This document shows positions 43,622 to 54,788 of a DNA stretch of 64,000 bases, in pieces; positions within the stretch are counted from its first letter, which is position 1, and each line of letters opens with the position of its first letter. The stretch is from positions 82,274,001 to 82,338,000 of the forward strand of contig OX597823.1 of the NCBI GenBank assembly GCA_951406725.2, written 5' to 3'. The translations under genes were made by a program, and so were the position numbers. The notes beneath the pieces were generated by a model. The model was not told where the DNA came from, searched no databases, and saw nothing but the letters and a program-made list of their open reading frames with translations. Origin of the DNA: Octopus vulgaris (Eukaryota).

Positions 43622-43895
43622 ACTCTTTTACTCTTTTACTTATTTCAGTCATTTGACTGTGGCCATGCTGGAGCACCGCCTTTAGTCGAGCAAATCGACC
43701 CCAGGACTTATTCTTTGGAAGCCTAGTATATATACGACAGGCTTCTTTCAGTTTCCGTCTACCAAATCCACTCACAAGGCTTTGGTCGGCCCGAGGCTAT
43801 AGTAGAAGACACTTGCCAAAGGTGCCACGCAGTGGGACTGAACCCGGAACCATGTGGTTGGTAAGCAAGCTACTTACCACAGTGCCATTCCTACG

Positions 43896-43899
<4 letters not shown>
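43622..43899 (-). mobile_element. SINE family B with internal deletion
   Basis: Near-consensus head and tail; middle segment missing. Confidence 0.88.
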
Positions 43900-43969
<70 letters not shown>

Positions 43970-44068
43970 AGTAAACACATAAATGTGAAACAAGGTGGAA
44001 AAAGAGTACTCAAATACCAGTGGTAGAGTAATATGCTTTATTTTAAGCAGCAGAAAATTCAACAAAAT

Positions 44069-44106
44069 CTGTTACTCTGAGTTTCTCGCAGCCGTTCATC
44101 AGACAG
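44069..44106 (-). ncRNA. Minimal type I hammerhead ribozyme motif
   Basis: Minus strand: ctgt CTGATGA a cg gctg cg a GAAAC tcaga GTA acag. Confidence 0.7.
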
Positions 44107-44122
44107 TTTTTGCTAGCAAAAA

Positions 44123-44160
44123 CTGTCTGATGAACGGCAACGAGAAACTCAGAGTAACAG
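44123..44160 (+). ncRNA. Minimal type I hammerhead ribozyme motif
   Basis: ctgt CTGATGA a cg gcaa cg a GAAAC tcaga GTA acag. Intact core, 4-bp stem I, GNRA-capped short stem II, quasi-palindromic stem III ACTC-A-GAGT. Confidence 0.75.
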
Positions 44161-44192
44161 ATTTTGTTGAATTTTCTGCTGCTTAAAATAAA

Positions 44193-44235
<43 letters not shown>

Positions 44236-46182
44236 TATATATTCATGTTTGTGTATATATGATGTATACATATGTATATATGTATGTATGTACCTACGTA
44301 TATGACGTGATATAAATCTTAAATAATGCGTTGAACAATTTTCGAACAACTCGACTCGAACTGAAAGAAAAACGACAATACAATCAGCAGGGCGTATGCA
44401 AATTCCACTCAATTTAAATACTTGTGCTTCTGTTTTGTTCTATTTCGTTGCATAAAGATGTAAATCATCATGTCACCGTTACATTATGATAAATATTTCT
44501 ATTATGTCTTTGGTACCTGTCCATTGATAATGTTCTTGAAATTGTCTCTCTTCTTTCACGATGTTCAATTTATCTTCTATGCTTCCGATTTCGTTCCATA
44601 GTTATGTTTATTGAACATTTGACTGTCGACTTTATCTCATTGTGTTAAACGTTTCTATCTCCTTCTATAACGTTAACTGTTAAATGTGTAACACTCAAGT
44701 ATTGGCGCCAGCAGACTAGTGCTATGAATTATGTTGATTTAATACTGAAACTAAATGTCATACACAAACGTTGCTTTAAATTGATCATAGTGTCATAATA
44801 ATTTATTGATTTTAGCTAAAGTGCATTCCCATTTATGTCTTATATTTGCTTTAAAATTGAACGCGTTCATTTTTGTTACGTGTCGTAATATTGGAGATAG
44901 GGTAAAGCAGTGCAAGGCTATACAAATACAACTTGTATATCGATAAATGTAATTGTCGTCAGAGATACTAATGACATACTTTAACTGAATTATAGTGGAT
45001 CTTAGCGTATACCGAACTCCTAACGATGTGAGCCGGTATGCGGCTGCTGTATGGTTTGTATTATTTGCATAAGGTTAAAAATGTATTTCTTTGGGCAGAG
45101 GATATAATCGATTCAATCAAGCCCAATACTTAGTTTATTTTTACTGCTTTGTCAGTGGAGAACGATCAGTACTCGTTCTCTGTTTTTAACGCCTTCGAGG
45201 CTGTGAAAAGCAAAAGAGAGCAAGAAGCTAAGTTTTGCAGTAGTGGAGGGCAGCGCCTCAACATATCGATTTATCCTCAAACAGCTGACACCATTAGAAT
45301 AAATCTATCTGAGAAACTATTATAATCCATTCATCGGATTATCTTACAGTCTCTAGTTACCAAGTTTCATTCTCAAGGCTTGTGTCATCTCGTGGTTATG
45401 TTGAAGATACTTTTTCTTACGTATGGCAGCACAGTGAATCTTGCTCTGAATAATAAGCGAACTTAGAACAATAAATATCAAAATATCGCAAGACGTTGTC
45501 CACTGCTTATTGTTTTCCTATGACAAAATTATTTACTGCAATGGAAAGTGTATTGACTTTTGCTTTTGATAGCACCCAATGCAGGAAGTACCTGACGATT
45601 CTACATCTACGTACCTTCCACAAGCACCAAGCGGAGAAGATCTATTTATGCAATTTCTGAAACGTTACCGTGGCGGACAAACTGCTTCGCAGCATTTCTT
45701 CAAACTTTACATTCTGAGTACAAATGCCACTGGGGATGTCTTTGTATTTTATCCTTCAGGGTCGATAAAATAAGAACCGTTTGGTCACTGAGTCGATGTA
45801 ATCGACTTATCCTAAGCTTTGAAATTGCTGGCATTGCGCCAAAATTGGAAACCGTTTTTATTGCACATAAATATCAGGCGGCTATCTGACTGAATTATTA
45901 GCACGTCCTATAAAGTGATTAGCGACATCTCTTGCCGCTCTTGACGTTCTGAATTAAATTTCCGCCGAGGACGACTTTATCTTTCATCCTTTCGGGGACG
46001 ATAAAATAAATACCAAATTACCAATGGTGCCCTGGGTCGATGTAATCAACTAGATATCCCCGCAAAATTACAGGTCTTGTGCCAAAATTCGAAACAGTTA
46101 TTATACAGAGACATAATACTTGTGCACCGAGTTCAATACCTAGATCATTGAATATATACATTTCTATCTGTCTATCTACCTC

Positions 46183-46216
<34 letters not shown>

Positions 46217-46527
46217 GTATGTATGTATGTATGTATGTATGTATGTATGTATGTATGTATGTGTATCCAACGTTTGAGTAAGAATAATGGCAGTCTTTAA
46301 CTCGAATGTAGAGTTTATAATGAGAACTTCTAACGTAGGCGTCAAGCGAGGAAATAAAGGAGTACAATAATAAAATTTATGTATGACACCTGCGTCCGCC
46401 TCTATTAAGTATTATATAATGACAGACGACACAAGTGAAACATGCAAGTAGAGGAAATATTATACGATACGTACATACATATATAAATACATATATATAT
46501 AGATATATATATGTATACATATGCAAT

Positions 46528-46590
<63 letters not shown>

Positions 46591-46612
46591 CATACATACA
46601 TACATACATATA

Positions 46613-46957
46613 TCAATGATTGAACAGACAGAACACAACAAGGAGAAAAAGTTAGATGAAAACAGAGCAAACAGGAAACAAGACAAGAACCTAACAGACG
46701 GGGAATATAGACAAGGACACAATACATGGAATATTCGCAGCTGAATTTTCCTCGTCAGTCAAAGACCAAAATATCATCGCGGTTTCGCACCATTATCATT
46801 GAAGTCACGATGATGTTTTGGTCATTGACTGACGAATATTCCGTATATCGTGCCCTTGTGTATATCCCCCAGCTGTTAAGTTTTCGTCTTGTTTCCTGTT
46901 TGCCCTGCTTTTATCTAACTGTTTCTTTTTACTGTGTTCTGTCTGTTCAATCATTGA
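46613..46957. repeat. ~345-bp imperfect fold-back element
   Basis: tcaatgattgaacagacagaacac...gaccaaaatatcatcg is mirrored by cgatgatgttttggtc...gtgttctgtctgttcaatcattga, with a ~14-nt loop. Arms are visibly diverged. Confidence 0.85.
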
Positions 46958-47051
46958 CACATCCATATAGTGCCACGCACGCCCTGTTCGTTTATATACG
47001 TACATATAATATACATGCATACATGCATATATATATATATATGTGTGTGTG

Positions 47052-47415
47052 TGGAGGCCTAATATCCCAGTGGTTAGGGAAGGAAAATCGCGGTCATAGA
47101 ATCGCGGTTTCGATTCCCAGACCGAGCGTTGTGAGTGTTTATTGAGCGAAAACACTTAAAGCTCTACGAGGCTCCGGCAGGGGGTGGTGACGAACCCTGC
47201 TGTACTCTTTCACCACAACTTTCTCTCACACTTTCTGTATTTCAAAGGGCCAGCCTTGTCACACTCTGTGTCACGCTGTTTTTTCCAGAGAACTCCGTTA
47301 AGGGTACACGTGTCTGTGGAGTGCTCAGCCACTTGCACGTTAATTTCACGAGCAGGCTGTTCCGTTGATTGGATCAGCTGGAAGCCTCGTTGTCGTAACT
47401 GACGGAGTGCCGGTG
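47052..47415 (+). mobile_element. SINE family C variant (tail gtggagtgctcagccacttgcac)
   Basis: tRNA-like head with ggtttcgattcc; 3' part shared with 52895-53190. Confidence 0.8.
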
Positions 47416-47689
47416 TAGTAACACAAACACAAACACACACACACACAACAATTTTCGCTGCTTGGAATGTCGTCTGCTTTATTATGACGCACAAATAACG
47501 CAATCAGTCAGTTAGGCATTGTTTGCTTTTGACTTCAGGGATATTTACTCTGCTTCATAGTATCACGTATACAGCTATTTCACAACTTATTAAACTATCA
47601 TAATTTAAAAAAGAAACTAACTACAAACTTTATCTCATCCTGTAATATAAGCACGCATAATGCAATATTATTAAGTACCAAATCAAAAA

Positions 47690-48130
47690 TTATAGAGATA
47701 AAAGAAATGGAGACGACAATTGTAGTTTCAGAATCATTAGGATTTGGACCGTCAACTCTAAAGAACTATAGTCAATCAATCTCAAGTAGTGATACTGAAT
47801 TCAAATGAACCCACGCTTCTAATATAATATGCCAATGCAGTAAAAAATTGAAAAATATGGAGTCGTTATGTTTATGGGTGAAGGATATCACAGGTTTACT
47901 CATAACGTATCCAAACCATTCAGTAAATATTGTAAAATTCCTTTAATCAGTTGAAAGGAAAAGGCGAGAAAGCTGCTGACAGATTTGCTGCTTCTGTGGA
48001 TGATTTTAAAATGTTCGAGAAACGATGTAATTTTAGTCACCTTTGGATAACAAGAGAATCAGCAACATCTGACATTAAGATTGTGTTGGAGTTTCCTGTA
48101 CAATTTAAGGGAAGAGATAAATAAATACCA
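47690..48130 (+). mobile_element. Tigger/pogo (CENP-B-like) transposase remnant
   Basis: Across frameshifts FAAS.G.F..FEKRCNFSHLWITRESATSDIK...EFP resembles the F.AS.GWF..FK.R...GE.ASAD...A..FP motif. Confidence 0.55.
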
Positions 48131-49223
48131 AAACCATTACAGAATGACGGCCACTTTTGAAATATTCACTCTCTGAACTTTTAGCTAAATGGAAGAATTG
48201 AGTCCCCATGTTATAAATTATCAAATGATCGTTTTTGGATTGTTATTAGAAACTAAAATCTCGCTGCTAGAAGTTAGAAACTTAAGCTACGGCTTGTTGA
48301 ACATTCTAATACGTCATGTGCAAAGTAAGATTTTCCAAATTTAATCTATTTTAATCCACATTTAGTCTATTGTATGAAAATCGAACAGAAAATCTTAAAT
48401 TATACATGATTTGTTAATGGAATCGTTCGGTTTGCTGGCGAATCGTTCCTATTAGCTGCCAAATGATACTCTGAGAAGACTTTCGAGGCCAACGTTTTCA
48501 GAAAAATCTTCGGGTCATCCTTAAAATTCCCAGTTGTACATATTCGATAAAGATGATTTCGTTTTACCTCACACAGCTATTTATACTACGTATAAACTAA
48601 GTAGCTATTTTCGTTCTCTCACGATATATCTTGTTGTGACTGTAATCAATTGAACATTGCTAAAACGGTTTTCGTCTGGCTCCTATATATTTTGTATTTT
48701 TAAGCACAGTACTCCATAAGAGATATAAATGATAGCTCTTCACTCACTGACTATTGCTGCATGTCAGCAATGCCCGTGAATGAGGTTGTTGCACCTACGG
48801 TCGGCTTCACCTTGTTTCGCGCCTGCAGCTTCCATGCTCACCGCGGGGCTCTCCTACTCAATCGAGCATGAGGGAATCACCTCACCGGCGATTACTCAAC
48901 CTAAAATCTGAGGTCCAATAAAGCTTCCACAGCACCCCACATATTTTCTCTACCCCACTGATACTGTCTAGAGAGAATCTGGGGCAGGATATCCAGTACC
49001 CATATGGGTTGCGGGCCCAGGAATGTAGGAGCACCACGATCTTCGTCGCAAGCAAAAGATCTCCAAAATGTTTAATACCATTCCATGCCTATTTAGTTTT
49101 ATATCGGAATGATCTTCTAGAGTTATGCTTTAGCAAAGCTAGAGGGTGCTTGATTCCCATTGGTCTTCAAGCATACCGGACACCATCCCGGGATTTCTGA
49201 GGGATTCCTGTAAGAGATATACA

Positions 49224-49403
49224 TATGTTATGTTATGGCTGCCCCCTCGTTATCGAGTATGGCCATTGCATGAAGCTTAACTTTTACTGGTGCAGTGATC
49301 GAATGTGACTTTTTAGCCCAGCTAAAGATCTACAATGTCTTGTACAAAATTGGCAACTAAAGCCTTTACCGGTAATAGCCGATGCAAAGGTACATAAAAC
49401 CCA
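49224..49403 (-). mobile_element. RTE-clade LINE extreme 3' end
   Basis: FSCQFCTRHCRSLAGLKSHIRSLH is the terminal zinc finger typical of RTE/BovB ORF2. Short UTR ending in (cataa)n. Confidence 0.7.
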
Positions 49404-49404
49404 G

Positions 49405-49435
<31 letters not shown>

Positions 49436-49770
49436 CATGCAAACATACACACATACATACAAACATATATACATACGTGTATACATATCCATATACATAC
49501 ACATATATACACAAATATATATACACATATATACACATATATATATATACACATATATACAAATATATACATACATACATATAGATATTAGTTTATTATG
49601 TAGAAAATGAAGAACACTAAGGAAAAAATAAGAAGAGATTCGTATCGTGGTTAAAGAAAACAGTTCATCTTTATTTTTTCTCGTATCTCTGACAAGTTAA
49701 AAAATTCTACCAATTCTTCTTGTATTGAAATAAAATCTGCCTTCTCACAGCTTATATATGAAAGTATCAA

Positions 49771-49981
49771 GGCGGCAAGCTGGCAGAAACGTTAGACCGC
49801 CGGGCGAAATGCTTAGCAGTATTTCGTCTGTCGCTACGTTCTGAGTTCAAATTCTGCCGAAGTCGACTTTGACTTTCATCCTTTCGGGGTCGATAAATTA
49901 AGTACCGATGGCTTACTGGAGTCGATATAACCAACTAGTGCCCACCTCAAAAATTTTGGGCCTTGTTCCTAGAGTAGAAAA
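49771..49981 (+). mobile_element. SINE family A (alternative 3' tail)
   Basis: ggcggcaagctggcagaaacgttag... with tail aaattttgggccttgttcctagagtagaaaa. Confidence 0.85.
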
Positions 49982-50386
49982 GTATATATGAAAATATCAC
50001 CGTACGTGGAATCACGTAAGACCTGCTATATCTATTACCTATTTCAGAATGTCGAAACGTTTTCTTCTATTAATCATTCAATAAGACTGTACATTAATCT
50101 CTTTTATATTTTTGCTTCTTCTTTTTTTTTTAAATATTGTGATCTTGTGTTGCTTTTTTAGACATTCTGGTAGTTTGTCGTGAGGCAGAATTACGTATGG
50201 TAGCCGTTGTAGATGTAAAAAATATAATGCATGTAAATAAAATATTAGAAGTTTAAACCTCCAGCCTTTTTTTACTATTGCTCTACAACAGGATATCGAG
50301 AATATCCCCTCCTAGGAACTAATATTTGTGTTTGTATTTATTCCAAAGAACATTTCTCTTGGTAAAGATTGCTTAATATATATATA

Positions 50387-50434
<48 letters not shown>

Positions 50435-50687
50435 TGAAATTAGTTCAAGTAGAATATTTTGCACTGTTTTGGGTGTGTGTGCAAAAGTTAGATTTCTAAT
50501 AAAGATTCTTCATAATTTGATTTCATTTTCCCATGTTTTCTTAAATGTCAGTATTATCATTCGAAACGATCGTATGGATTAGAAATTTATATAACATTTT
50601 AATATATTCTCTTCTCCATTTCTTTTTTAACCGTTAGTTGGGTTTATATAGGATTTTATCCTATAATACTCATAAGACATTTTTAAT

Positions 50688-50722
<35 letters not shown>

Positions 50723-50757
50723 ATACATACATATATATATGTGTGTGTGTGTGATAC

Positions 50758-50824
<67 letters not shown>

Positions 50825-51407
50825 TATTCTATGCGTATTCTCTCTTTATAGGTGCATGTTGGTATATATGTATATTCTGTTAGCTATAATTTAAGAATAC
50901 GATAGTTAGTTTTGTTCTTACAACTCTTAGAAATGTTTAAGAAAAACAATACATTCAATACTATTTTATGTTACACATATCTACATATTAGTTATTTCTT
51001 CTTTTCTTTAATTCTAAATGTTTTGTTACAAAGACTAGACTGAACGCATTTCATTTTTCCTTCTTTGATTAGAAATTCTTGCTTCCTGTTCGCCACAATT
51101 TATCTTTCAAATGATTTTCTACTTTGATTTTTTGTAAATTTTTGAAATATTTTTACTACCATTTCCTATTTTCTTATCGTAAATGTTTGTATATATGCTT
51201 TGTACCGACTTGATGCGATCATTAAAATAAAAACACACATACATGCACACACACAAACACACATTCACAGAGATACTCAAACACAGAGTATCTTATATTG
51301 ACTTTTCTACCTATTCGGGTACATGTTTAGTTCCACATTTTAATTGAAGACTACAAATCACTTGAGTTCTTTATTCCATATTTTACTTCAAGTTATGTTT
51401 CTAAATT

Positions 51408-51962
51408 TAGCCCCTTGTGGGTAGTATAGAAATAGGTATTTCGTCTGCCATTACGTTCTGAGTTCAAATTCCGCCGAGGTCTACTTTGCCTTTCATCCTT
51501 TCGGGGTCGATAAATTAAGTACCAGTAACGCTCTGGGGTCGATATAATCGACTTAATCCGTTTTTCTGTCCTTGCTTGTCCTCTCTGTCTTTAGCCCCTT
51601 GTGGGTAGTAAAGAAATTGGTATTTCGCCCGTTGTTAGGTTCTGAGTTCAAATTCCGCCGAGGTCGACTTTGCCTTTCATCCTTTCGGGGTCGATAAATT
51701 AAGTACCAGTAACGCTCTGGGGTCGATATAATCGACTTAATCCGTTTTTCTGTCCTTGCTTGTCCTCTCTGTCTTTAGCCCCTTGTGGGTAGTAAAGAAA
51801 TTGGTATTTCGCCCGTTGTTAGGTTCTGAGTTCAAATTCCGCCGAGGTCGACTTTGCCTTTCATCCTTTAACTAAGTACCAGTGATACACTGTGGTCAAT
51901 AAAAGCGACAAGTCCCCTCATTACCCCACAAACTTCAGGCCCTGTGTCTACAATAGAAAGGA
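51408..51962 (+). mobile_element. Head-less SINE A array with a near-perfect 184-bp tandem duplication
   Basis: gttctgagttcaaattcc starts at 51455, 51639 and 51823. Units share private variants. Confidence 0.9.
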
Positions 51963-52423
51963 TTACTAGGCATACATAGTGATATATATATAGTCTAAGT
52001 ATTATTGCAGATCTCAGAGAACTAGAGAGTTATCTAGGATCTTTATCCATTAACATAGAGTGGCTTTTACGTTTATAAGAATTATTGGGAGAAAACAATT
52101 GGTAATGCTTGTTTCACGAGAGCTAAGCTGTAATTTGGGTACTATCATACTGAATGTAGTAAGCCAGTGAATCTAATTTATTCAAATTACATAGTTAATT
52201 ATGAGAACAATCATTTTAAATGAATAATTCAGGCTAGAAAACCACAGGGAAAACTACCTTTAAAATTTCAATTAAAAATTATGCTAACTTCCGACGCATG
52301 AAATGAAAATATGAAATCATTTTAGTCAGTCGAGTTATAAATACAATTCTCCTAAAAGAGAGTGATAATTAGTAGAGACTTTAAAATGTTGAATTGAGTA
52401 TTTGATATATTAGAGATACCGAA

Positions 52424-52810
52424 GGCAACGAGCATGCAGAATCGTTAGCACGCCGGCAAAAAATGCTGAGTGGCATGTTCGTCTGCCGTTACGTTCTGAG
52501 TTCAAATTCCGCCGAGGTCGACTTTGCTTTTCGTCCTTTCGAGGTCGATAAAGTAAGTATCAGTTACGCACTGGGGTCGATGTAATCGACTTAATCCGTT
52601 TATCTGTCCTTGTTTGTCCTCTCTGTGTTTAGTCCCTTGTGGGTAGAAAAGAAATAGGTATTTCGTCCGTCTTTACGTTCTGAGTTCAAATACCACTGTG
52701 GTCGAATACGCCTTTCATCTTTCTGTGGTCGATAAAATTAATACCAGTGAAACACTGGGGTCGATATAATCAACTTAACTTTCTCCCTTTAGCCGAAATT
52801 TGAAACCAGT
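52424..52810 (+). mobile_element. SINE family A dimer
   Basis: Second unit joined at aaagaaata|ggtatttcgtc. Confidence 0.85.
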
Positions 52811-52894
52811 ATACTAGAGATACCGAAAAGTAATACCAATTTTCGTATAATGAGATCAAATTGGAATAGAATTTATCCTAAATATATTTCTTAA

Positions 52895-53190
52895 CTCAAC
52901 GTGTAATCGCTCACGATCGTAAAGTCGAGGGTTCGATTCCCGGCAACGTTGTCTCCTTGAGCAAGACACTTTATTTTACGTTTATTTACAGTCCACTCAG
53001 CTGGTAAAAATGGGTAGTAGCTGTAATTTAAAGGGCCAACCTTCTCACATCCTGTGTCACGCTGAATCTCCCTGAAAAGTAAGTTAAGAGCACGCGTGTC
53101 TGTGGAGTGCTCAGCCACTTGCACCTTTATTTCCCGAGTAGGCTATTTCGTTGATCGGATCAACTCGCCGTCGTAACCGACGGAGTGTCA
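52895..53190 (+). mobile_element. SINE family C variant
   Basis: ggttcgattccc B box, ccttgagcaagacactt, and tail shared with 47052-47415. Confidence 0.8.
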
Positions 53191-54121
53191 GTTGGTTAAA
53201 AATGAATATAAATTACACAAACATGAATACAAACAATCTACACACACACACCCACACAAACAAACAAACATGCAAAAACAACACATACTTATGTATACAT
53301 ATATTCGTTTGCGTTGCCTGAGTGTCTGTGGGCATCGCTAAGTATATCTCACTAATTGTGTGTGATTTCAGAATGTAGCTGTATATGGCTCCTTTCAAAT
53401 AAGTGAGCAAGCCTTTCACCTCACAAGTACGTAGAAGGGAATAAGCGCCTACGCCTAACGGCTCATCGTGTATGGTTGTGCGTGCTACGTACAAGCTTGT
53501 TTGTTATTAGCATTTCGTGTCGCTAGATTCATATCCACCGTGAAGGATTGGCAGATATAAAATCCTTTTGATACGGGAGAAATTAATAATGTAGCAGTAA
53601 TTAAATGGATTTCCGACCATGTTTTGGCTATAAATCACTCTCATAATTTTTAGATACTTTCATAGTGAAGTAACCGCGGACACACTCACGCACATTCACA
53701 CACATACTCTGCCTACACACATATAAACAGAAATAAATATGAATAATTTTGTAAATGTTATGATCTTTGATATTAAAACATGATCTTCGTGCTTTTAAAC
53801 ACTACCTTCAAGATACAATAGCTTTATAAATAACAGGAATGTAGCATCGGTCATATGTCTGGCATGACACATTCTAAAAGCAGTTAATGTAGTTTCCCCC
53901 TGTCGTCGCTAGTTGTCCAACGTGTCCTTTTTGCTGTTTAACCAATGTTAATTACAAATATAGCGATTCAGTCGAGTGTCATAATTCTCTATAATATATC
54001 CTCTTAATATAGCTGACTTTATGTCTTTTATCTTTTATCTTGTGCTTGCTTTAGTCATTGAACTGCGGCCATGCTGGGGCACCGCTTTGAAGGTTTCAGA
54101 ACAAATTAACCTCGATATTTA

Positions 54122-54263
54122 CATTACTTACATTCGACGGATATTTGTCCTCATCTTGTTAGTTGTTAACACAACGCTTCGGCTGATATGCCATCCACCA
54201 GCCTTCATCGGGTGTCTTGAAGAAATTTCGAACCTAGGTACTCATTCCTAAGATATTTTTCGA

Positions 54264-54307
<44 letters not shown>

Positions 54308-54431
54308 TCACTGCTTGGAATCAAACTCGGAATCTTGTGGTTAGTAGCCCGCACCCTTAGCCACTACGCCATACACCCACGGGCATATGTAAATAATGTA
54401 CATAATTCCTCATCGTTTAAATATAGAACTA
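54122..54431 (-). mobile_element. ~310-bp tRNA-headed, hammerhead-containing non-autonomous retroelement with 19-bp TSD
   Basis: TSD aaattaacctcg(a/g)tattta at 54103-54121 and 54432-54450, inside a SINE B. Minus strand: A box tggcgtagtgg, B box gagtttgattcc, (TAA)n, then a hammerhead at 54168-54216. Confidence 0.8.
54168..54216 (-). ncRNA. Minimal type I hammerhead motif with two core substitutions
   Basis: gacac CCGATGA a ggctggt ggatggcat atcagcc GAAGC GTT gtgtt. Stem I (5 bp) and stem II (7 bp) pair; core has U4>C and GAAA>GAAG. Confidence 0.65.
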
Positions 54432-54569
54432 AAATTAACCTCGGTATTTATTTTAAAGCCTGATACTTATTGCATCCGTTACTTTTGCCGAAATGCAAGC
54501 GGTCGTCATACGGTGATACTAGTGATGATCATGGTCTGTTGACAAGCAGTGTTTAGAAAGGCAGGAACA

Positions 54570-54788
54570 GCTCATTTTGAGACATTGAGAATATGGAGGC
54601 TATGACAATGATCTTTGACATCTTCAATTTGGAGGACTTACCTGGGGCCTTCAGAAGGTGACAGGAACGCTACTGTAAGGTCATTGAAGTCAGAAGATCT
54701 ACTTCAAAGAAGATTGGAGTTTTGTATTTCTCTGAAATCAATAAATGTTTCTCTTGAAAATGTCTCAAAACCTCTGGATTGCACCTCG
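54570..54788 (+). mobile_element. mariner-like transposon 3' end
   Basis: Decayed GAF.K..ER..KVIEV...YF C-terminus, then TIR-like gtctcaaaacctctggattgcacctcg followed by TA. Confidence 0.55.

Larger units (their letters stand above)
44031..44198. repeat. 168-bp near-perfect zero-loop palindrome carrying two divergent hammerhead motifs
   Basis: Centre at tgct|agca (44114/44115). Arms differ only in the stem II loop (gcaa vs gctg) and one terminal G-T pair. Confidence 0.95.

Noticed and set aside
44112-44125. gctagcaaaaactg shared between the palindrome centre and the MITE end at ~60858-60871
   Set aside because: A 14-bp A-rich match with no extension on either side; likely coincidence.
51455-51870. 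CRISPR-like regularly spaced repeats
   Set aside because: Eukaryotic SINE tandem with identical units, no unique spacers and no cas genes.
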